From NCBI GenBank assembly GCA_048128005.1, contig JBEUKZ010000102.1, positions 62,001 through 126,000 of the forward strand: 64,000 nucleotides of DNA. Reading direction: 5' to 3'. The DNA comes from Veleropilina oligotropha (Eukaryota). Shown piece by piece: positions 56,939 through 64,000 of the stretch. Below the pieces are notes generated by a model. The model saw nothing but the letters and a program-made list of their open reading frames with translations, searched no databases and had not been told where the DNA came from. Positions within the stretch are counted from its first letter, which is position 1; each line of letters opens with the position of its first letter. The position numbers and the translations under genes were made by a program.

Positions 56939-57624
56939 GTATGTTTGGAATTTACAATATTAAAAACGAACGTTACTCTACGTAAAACGCATCCGCTATA
57001 AGAAATTAAGTTACACGTAATGCTATTTTCTTGTCATACATTACATTTTGTCTTCCGTAAATATAATTGGCCCAAACTTGAGTGTGGCATCTGTTAAACA
57101 TGTTTCATTTAAAAAATGAGATCTTATCTTCACATTGCCTCGACAAAAAGTTTGAAAAACAAAGCAAAAATGTCCCACAATAACACGCTCATATACATAC
57201 ATTTAATTATAAACAGTGCTATATGTAACTATATGTTACCAATTAATTCGGTGTACATGATCTACGAACTATCATCTATAGCTCCATTGGTGGATCGTCG
57301 GCGATAGGATATGGGTTCGATCCCGCATCATCACGACTTAGAACTAATAAAAAAATTAGCTTGAAATCCCGCTACCCGTTCTGAGAAAGGAGACGTTAAA
57401 TCAAGCATCCGACTTGATACGACTGAAAAATTGACTACAATATTGCAGTAAAACTAAACTGATCGATCATATATGATCTAAAACAAAAAGACATTTATAA
57501 TCTACCTTATACCGTTGCATGGAAGACATTGGTTATACGATAGCGGAAGAACAAAAATTGATGTAATATTAATATATATATCGCAATATATAATGTCTGA
57601 AATTAGCTTATTTTGTTTTTTCAG

Positions 57625-58239
57625 CTTCACATCTTTCCCTCCAAATATGATGTACAGCAAAATGGTGGATTGAATTCAACGAATCACATAGCCATGTCGA
57701 GTTTTAATCCCATGCGATTGACCAATCAGTACACGCCAGAGGAGTTACTGCATCTCCATGGACACAGGACCGACATGCACTTGCCAGTCAGCAATAGCTC
57801 TCATAACTACCAAAAACTGTCAGAAGAGTTGACCCCATCTCCACTAAGCAGTCCAGGATGTGAGTGCAACAGTGAGTCCCCGGATGTATTTGATGACCCG
57901 GATGATAATGATATCGTACATTACGACGTTTGCAGCCGCACACAAATCCCAAGATGCGACGTCATCAAAGGTTATGTTTATGATGCGTCGCCTTATTCCA
58001 ACGCACGTGATTATTGTAATTCTTTGAAAATTCCAAATTCGCACAAATCACGTGAAGATAGGAACAATAGACAAATATCGCCTCAAAAGACTAAAACATT
58101 TCCCGGTAGACGGCGATTGAGTTCAAGTTGCTCCACGAGTACGGACATGACGAACCTGAGTGATGAGTCAGAGAGACTGAGTACTGGTACCCCTCGTAGG
58201 GGTATCCGGGGCGTTCCGCTGTCGTACACATTCTCATGA
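57625..58239 (+). CDS. Terminal exon: Ser/Asp-rich cytoplasmic tail
   Basis: Acceptor ttttgttttttcag|CTT (phase 0); 204 open codons to TGA, ending ...GVPLSYTFS. Confidence 0.78.
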   Translation, partial: LHIFPSKYDVQQNGGLNSTNHIAMSSFNPMRLTNQYTPEELLHLHGHRTDMHLPVSNSSHNYQKLSEELTPSPLSSPGCECNSESPDVFDDPDDNDIVHYDVCSRTQIPRCDVIKGYVYDASPYSNARDYCNSLKIPNSHKSREDRNNRQISPQKTKTFPGRRRLSSSCSTSTDMTNLSDESERLSTGTPRRGIRGVPLSYTFS

Positions 58240-58559
58240 GGGGCTGTGTTCTCAGCCCAAGATGCTTATTGACAGGGTATTGCCAAATCATTCTTACCTA
58301 AAGATACAATCTGAGCAATCTAATTAATAATATAGACATTTTGATAATACTAATTTTGCGTAGACATCATCTTAATTGGCAAAGAGATATTGTGTGACAG
58401 TATCATATATCTAGTAAGAATATTTGAAATTTTTTCCAGCACTAAGTTTTATTTTATACATACGCAAATATTCATGGCAAAAATTCTGTTAACATGTGAG
58501 TAGTAGTGACGCCTCTTGGGTAGCGTTTTCGGGTTCTAACCCTAGGTTTTGGGCGTTTC

Positions 58560-58992
58560 CCCTAACCCTAACTAGGTCAGCCCTAACTAGGTCAACCCTA
58601 ACTAGGTCACCAACCCTAACTAGGTCACCCTAAGTAGGTCAACCTAAGTAGGTCAACCTAAGTAGGTCACCCTAAGTAGGTCAACCCTGCCCCTAAGTAG
58701 GTCAACCCATATGGTGGCTAACCCCAGCCCTAACCCTAAGTAGGTCAACCCTAATTGGGTCATCAACCCTAACCCTCAGCCCTAACCCTAAGTAGGTCAA
58801 CCCTAATTGGGTCAACCCTAATTGGTATGCCTAACCCTAATTGGTATGCTAAACCCTAATTGCCTAACCTCAACACTAACCCTAAGTGGGTCAGCCCTAA
58901 GTAGGTCAACCCTAACCCCAGCCCTAACCCTAATTGGGTCAACCCCCACCCCCACCCTACCCCCAGCCCTAATTGGTATACCTAACCCTAAT
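58560..58992 (+). repeat. Left telomere-like/RORE array
   Basis: CCCTAA hexamers interleaved with 16 TAANTRGGTCA motifs at irregular spacing. Confidence 0.9.
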
Positions 58993-59146
58993 TCAACTCC
59001 CATATATCACCAGTACGAATCTGATATCAAATAGTATTATTCATTAAGACTAAACTCTGTAATCCACTATCATTATATGTTACATTCTGATGTAATATAG
59101 TGAAAAATCACAATGTATAAGCAGATTGAACCGACAATCTATGGCA

Positions 59147-59512
59147 TTGGGGGTGGGGGCATACCCCCCGGGCACTCCACCCTGTTCCGGGGGTGTGGGG
59201 CCCGTATAACCCTATGTTTTCACCATTTAACCCAAGGTTTTCACTGTTAGTTTTGTGCATTTCCCCCCCGGGGGTGGGGTATTGGGGTGGGGGCATACCC
59301 CCCGGGCACTCCACCCTGTTCCGGGGGTGTGTGGGGGCAGTATAACCCTATGCTTTCGTCGTTTAACCCTATGTTTTTGGTGTTTAACCCAAGGTTTTCC
59401 CTGTTAGTTTTGTGCATTTCCCCGGGGGTGGGGTTTTGTCAGGGGTGGGGGCATACCCCCGGGCGACCCAACCCTGTTCCCAGGGGCGGGGGTAGGTATA
59501 ACCTTAGGTTTC
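59147..59512. repeat. GC-rich tandem repeat (~2.5 copies, 135-165 bp) with G/C tracts
   Basis: ggggtgggggcataccccccgggcactccaccctgttcc recurs at ~59150, ~59284 and ~59442. Confidence 0.85.
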
Positions 59513-60332
59513 CTCTGTCTAGATGAACTATATTGTTCAGTGTTTATTCAAATGTATTTTCCAATGCTATAGACATTGCCGAGTCATATTGGAAGGTCTG
59601 CAATTTGGGCGAATTTGTATGTATACAGCTGTCATGCGACATGTTTGTTGACGTGAAAGCCTTTGTTTCGGATTAAGCGAATAAAGCGATTAAAATCGAC
59701 TTATAAGTAAGTATATACGATGAAATTCAACAGATAATGTCATTTGAATACGAAATCATCCTTATAATCATTTTAAGGTTGGCATAACATCGAATTATCA
59801 GCGGAAAATTGCTATCGATAGCGTATTAGTCGTATATGGTTTGTTGCTATATTTAGCGAATACTCAATAATATCAGAGCGGTATGTAGATAAATAAATAG
59901 CGATGAGATTCAACAGATATAATGTCATTTGAAAACGAAATATACTTATAATTACGAAGAATTATTAGTTAATTATTAGCAATTATGATTAATTCTCAAC
60001 GCTAATATATGACAAGTACTTGCATCATAACATACAGCATTAAAAACAGCTCACAGTCGGTTATATTATTTGAATTCCTCTGCTTATATAGAGTTTCTTG
60101 TAACTATTTATAGATTATGACTAATCCGTCATTACTGTGATTTCAACTGATTGCGCAATGTCATTTGGGTAAAGCTGGGAATTTCCATAATCCCTGCATT
60201 CTTGCACTCATTCGTTATTTTTTAAGAAAATTCAGATATCAGCCTATATGCTTTCATATAATGATAAATAAATAGTAAATACCCTCTCATATTAACCAAA
60301 ACGGGAGGGGGGGATAGATCTATGCTTGAACC

Positions 60333-60950
60333 GTTTAACATTTCCATTTGATCAGACGAATTATGGGGCGGATAACTGTGTACGGGTGCTATTATCCCTA
60401 TATGAATAACATATACTGTTAGTTAGAGAGGTTATATTTATTACATTACCAAATATGAAGCATATTAGTATATATATATACCCGTCTGTTTAACGTCTCT
60501 ATTTGATCAGCCTAATTAGGGGGAGATAACTGTGTACAATTTCTATTACCCCTTATTTGAAGCTTATATGCTGTTAGCTAGGGAGGTAATATTTATTACA
60601 TTGCCACATATGAAGCATATTATTATATATATATACCTGACTGTTTAACGTCTCTATTTGATCGGCCTAATTAGGGGGAGATAACCGTGTACGGTTTCTA
60701 TTACACCTATATGAATGACATATACTGGTAGTTAGCGAGGCTATATTTATTACATAGCCACGTGTGAAGCATATTATATACACGTCCGATTAACGTCTCT
60801 ATTTTATTGAACGAATTAGGGGGAGGCAACTGTGTTCAGTTTCTATTACCCCTATATGAATAACATATAATGATAATTATATTTTTCAATGCAGTTTGTG
60901 ATGCATTTATTTCATATCGGACTGTTTAACATCTCCATTTCATCAGATGA
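60333..60950. repeat. ~155-bp tandem repeat, about four copies
   Basis: gtttaacgtctctatttgatc..aattagggggagataactgtgtac recurs at ~60333, 60488, 60643 and 60790, with a partial copy at 60924. Confidence 0.85.
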
Positions 60951-61011
60951 ACACAAGGTTTACGGTATATCTGACCGATATATTTCATCTATCATTTTAA
61001 GCGGAAGCATA

Positions 61012-61093
61012 TGCCGCCGGCTGGCCTCGAACCTGAGCCATCCTGGCTGCCTCGGTTGAGTGTCTGATGCGCTAACCACTCGCCCACCGATGC
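61012..61093 (-). ncRNA. tRNA-like Pol III unit inside the Polinton-like element
   Basis: GCATCGG-TGGGCGAGTGG (A box) ... GGTTCGAGGCC (B box), with TTATATAG about 30 nt upstream; cloverleaf imperfect. Confidence 0.5.
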
Positions 61094-61313
61094 AGTTATG
61101 TGATTATGATTAGATGAACTATATAAGTGTTATATAGCGATTTTTTCACCAAACAATTATATATTTACATTGGCCGGTCATTGTTCATGCTGAAGGTTCA
61201 TAACGCATCTGATCATATTGTCGTCAACTGATTATTTATACATCCGTGATGTTACTATATATAGTCACATTGTTACTATAAATAGCCTGTTGGGTTTTTC
61301 CATCATTACATGA

Positions 61314-61405
61314 CCGGAAGTTATCGCTGATTGGCTGTTGAAACAGAGAGGATGGCTGTGATTGGCTGTTGCCATCGCTCGATAAGAGGCGCTCGCTGAT
61401 TGGTT
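61314..61405. promoter_or_regulatory. CCAAT-box cluster with ETS site
   Basis: CCGGAAGT followed by three TGATTGG(C/T) motifs within 90 bp. Confidence 0.45.
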
Positions 61406-61600
61406 AATCTGGTAGCTGCTTTAATTACATTGAATCATATGTTCACATATACTATTCATAGCCATTAGGTTTACCGCATGACATTTCTATGTCATCTGCT
61501 ATGCTCTCTCAGTAGTATATTTCACACAGACATTGTCAATAAAAACAAATCAATTATTATATTTATTATTTATTAATCACTTTCATTATATTAAATACAT

Positions 61601-62922
61601 TTATTCATTGTCTTCATCCAGCTCCATGCTGTCTCCTTCACCTTCAGAAGATTCAGTTTGCCAGTAGGTTTCGATTTCAGGTTGTAATTTTGTCACGGCC
61701 ATATTGATAGAGGCTTTTGAACCATGACCCCGTTCTAAGTATTTATCCATTTTGTCCACCACCTTATTATGTACTTTTCCGTGTCTTAATCTTTTAATGT
61801 AGAACAGTATTTCCTTATATTTATTCATGACTTGTACTAAATCCTCAAGATATAACTTGGCGTTGGTTTTTTCCGCGGCCTCTTCGTCGTTCAACCCTTC
61901 CTTGATGTATCTTTCATATTTTTCTTCAAAGAGTGCTTTATTTTGATCATGGCTTAACTTCATGAGTTGATCAAACACTTTTGATTCTTCATCAATCATT
62001 TTTGATTCTTTATTGATTATGTCCAAGTCTAATTTTCTTTTTTTAGAATTTCCATGACACCAATCTTTTATATGCTCTTGTAAGCTTGAACTATGATCAA
62101 ATAATAAGCCACAATAATTGCAGGAGATCATGTCTTCCTCTTCGCTGCTGCTATAATAATGATCAATCTCTGCTACATGTTGCTTTATATATGGGTTATA
62201 TCCGCCTGCTATAACTGGATCATTTGTCTGTGCGAGCCTCGTTTTCGATTTTTCATTGAAATAATCTCTCTCAAATACATTTGATCGAATTCGATTCATT
62301 TCAGACGTATGCACTTTAAAATCCAGCAGTATATAGCCATAGGGTTCTTTCGTTGCATCTTCAAATTGCTTCATGAGTTTGTCTGGACTTCCAGGATACA
62401 TTTGTCTTGCCAGAGTCATAACAAGTTGCTTGTCAACAGGACTATTGAATAATATCAAGTATTGACAATTTCTTCGCTGTGTGGGGTCTTTAGAGTGATA
62501 CAAGTTTTGATTAATAGCTATAACTGAGAGATTTCTATGATGACTGCCTTCTGTGAATAGATCAGTGATGCTTTCATCTTTACTGGTCATGAGGTCATCC
62601 AGTACAATAACATTTCTTATTCTTGGATCTAAGAATTCATCATTGGCAAGGTCTGGTGGAATTCCTTGCATAAATTCAACAGAAATACTAGTTTTGATGA
62701 CATCGTACAGTGGCTGCCATCTTTTGTATAACCAAATAATTCTTTGTGGTGCAGGAGAGATAAGGGCATGAAGTAAAATATTTTTAACTAAGTAAGTCTT
62801 TCCAGATGATGTCGGGCCTGAGACAGTCAATGTAAAGGGATGTTGTAACTGAAATGGGGTGTAAGAAGGTGGTGGTGGTGGTGGTGGTGGCGGCGGCGGC
62901 GGCGGCGGTGGTGGTGGCGGCG

Positions 62923-62957
<35 letters not shown>

Positions 62958-63136
62958 GGTGGTGGTGGCGGCGGCGGCGGCGGCGGCGGTGGTGGTGGCG
63001 GCGGTGGTGGCGGCGGCGGCGGTGGTGATGGGGGTGTTGGAGGGTAAATGATCTCAATGACATGTTTTTGGTTGAAATGTCTCAGCAATACATCTCGTCT
63101 AGAAAATGTTTTGAGGCAATCAATACACTTATGCAT
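61601..63136 (-). CDS. Polinton/Maverick A32-like (FtsK-HerA) DNA packaging ATPase with N-terminal C2H2 finger, 53-Pro tract and C-terminal Zn-finger/helical domain (~511 aa)
   Basis: QHPFTLTVSGPTSSGKT (Walker A), VIVLDDLM (Walker B), LFTEGSHHRNLSVIAINQNLY, RRNCQYLILF, ATKEPYGYILLD; CIDC..H..H and CNYC..H..C fingers. AATAAA follows the stop on the minus strand. Confidence 0.9.
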
Positions 63137-63566
63137 GGCTTCCTGGAGGTCCAGAAAAAAGACTTCCAATTACAAACTTCTTTTGTGGAACAATCTTCGA
63201 TGTGACCTCCTTGACCTCTTTTGATATACTGATATATTTTCTCTTCTTTCCCCTTTTTGTTTCATTTCCCGCTTTTATCTGTTTTCTAATTTGAATAGGT
63301 TTATGATCATTCAGCTTTATCATATTCTGTTTTGTCAATTCGATGTGGGGAACGCCCTCTTTTTCATCTTTTTCGTGTTCGACTTTTGCCCTTTCGTTCA
63401 CTGCAGCCATCGGTGTAGTCATGGGGATCATGTAGGGAGTTCTATATATGCCAGCCATGCCTCTTTTTTGTGGATAAGGAGAATATGAACTGACTTTACC
63501 ATCGTATAAATCTTTATATATCTGATCCCATTGTCCTGGCACACTAACATACAGTTTTCCTGACAT
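63129..63566 (-). CDS. Small basic Polinton-associated protein of unknown function (145 aa)
   Basis: Intact ATG ORF ~70 bp downstream of TATAAAAAGG; Lys/Arg-rich (KRGKKRK); its stop overlaps the ATPase ATG (ATGCATAA). Confidence 0.65.
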   Translation of the reverse strand: MSGKLYVSVPGQWDQIYKDLYDGKVSSYSPYPQKRGMAGIYRTPYMIPMTTPMAAVNERAKVEHEKDEKEGVPHIELTKQNMIKLNDHKPIQIRKQIKAGNETKRGKKRKYISISKEVKEVTSKIVPQKKFVIGSLFSGPPGSHA

Positions 63567-63629
63567 GTTTAAAATGAAGTGTCACCGTCACTGTTTCGTT
63601 CATAAATGAAGACAATTTGTCTGCATGCA

Positions 63630-63639
63630 CCTTTTTATA
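63630..63639 (-). promoter_or_regulatory. TATA box for the Polinton ORF pair
   Basis: TATAAAAAGG with an initiator-like TCATTT ~30 nt downstream, then AAACATG. Confidence 0.6.
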
Positions 63640-63640
63640 T

Positions 63641-63942
63641 CCTAACCCTAAGTAGGTCAACGCTAACCCTAAGTGGGTCAACCCTAACCCTAAGTGGGTC
63701 AACCCTAACCCTAAGTGGGTCAACCCTAACCCTAAGTGGGTCAACCCTAACCCTAAGTGGGTCAACCCTAACCCTAAGTAGGTCAACCCTAACCCTAAGT
63801 GGGTCAACCCTAACCCTAAGTAGGTCAACCCTAACCATAAGTGGGTCAACCCTAACCCTAAGTGGGTCAACCCTAACCCTAAGTAGGTCACCCTAACCCT
63901 AAGTGGGTCAACCCTAACCCTAAGTCGGTCAACCCTAACCCT
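63641..63942 (+). repeat. Right telomere-like/RORE array: 14 units of 21 bp, CCCTAACCCTAAGTRGGTCAA
   Basis: Counted 14 units; 13 carry TAAGT(A/G)GGTCA and one carries TAAGTCGGTCA. Confidence 0.95.
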
Positions 63943-64000
63943 AGGGGAAATGTCCAAAACCTAGGGTTAGGAACATGAGCCAGCTTCACTGGCTCCAGTG

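Larger units (their letters stand above)
58499..64000 (-). mobile_element. Polinton/Maverick-like endogenous viral element (left terminus; right end unresolved)
   Basis: Begins AGTAGTAGT (Polinton-type terminus), has a repeat-rich sub-terminal region, and carries intronless overlapping ORFs including a packaging ATPase. No pPolB, integrase or capsid in the window. Confidence 0.8.

Noticed and set aside
57279..57405. Possible tRNA gene (GGTTCGATCCC)
   Set aside because: No cloverleaf; followed by a SINE-like gagacgttaaa body, so probably a decayed SINE.
62827..63063. Poly-His/Arg and poly-Val/Ala ORFs
   Set aside because: Alternative frames of the polyproline codon tract.
63641..63942. True telomere or CRISPR array
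   Set aside because: Hexamers are regularly interrupted by a fixed motif and flanked by non-telomeric sequence; there are no unique spacers or cas genes, and the context is eukaryotic.
63544..63957. Repetitive ORFs (LGLGLTH, TLTLSGS, VRVDPL)
   Set aside because: They are by-products of a 21-bp tandem repeat that is open in several frames; no independent coding evidence.
63972..63979. AACATGAG as right-hand TSD echo of AACATGTGAG at 58491
   Set aside because: Imperfect match and no ACTACT terminus precedes it; likely chance.

Overview
AT-rich, repeat-dense animal genomic DNA; the repeat families suggest a marine invertebrate, but the species cannot be identified from the sequence. About 90% of the window is intronic or intergenic and holds decayed LINEs (RTE, RTEX, CR1), tRNA-derived SINEs, Helentron/HINE-like tandem-repeat elements, several MITEs with readable TIRs/TSDs, a mariner relic and a 5.2-kb foldback. 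One spliced host gene for a single-pass membrane protein can be assembled on the + strand: exons 42278-42639, 56821-56938 and 57625-58239, with a possible first exon at 9987-10004. The main feature of interest begins at 58499: a Polinton/Maverick-like endogenous viral element. It has an AGTAGT terminus, an intact A32/FtsK-type packaging ATPase fused to zinc fingers and a 53-Pro tract, and an overlapping small basic ORF. Two arrays bracket it that interleave telomeric CCCTAA with about 29 matches to the ROR/REV-ERB (HR3/E75) response element WAWNTRGGTCA. The right array directly abuts the TATA box of the viral ORFs.
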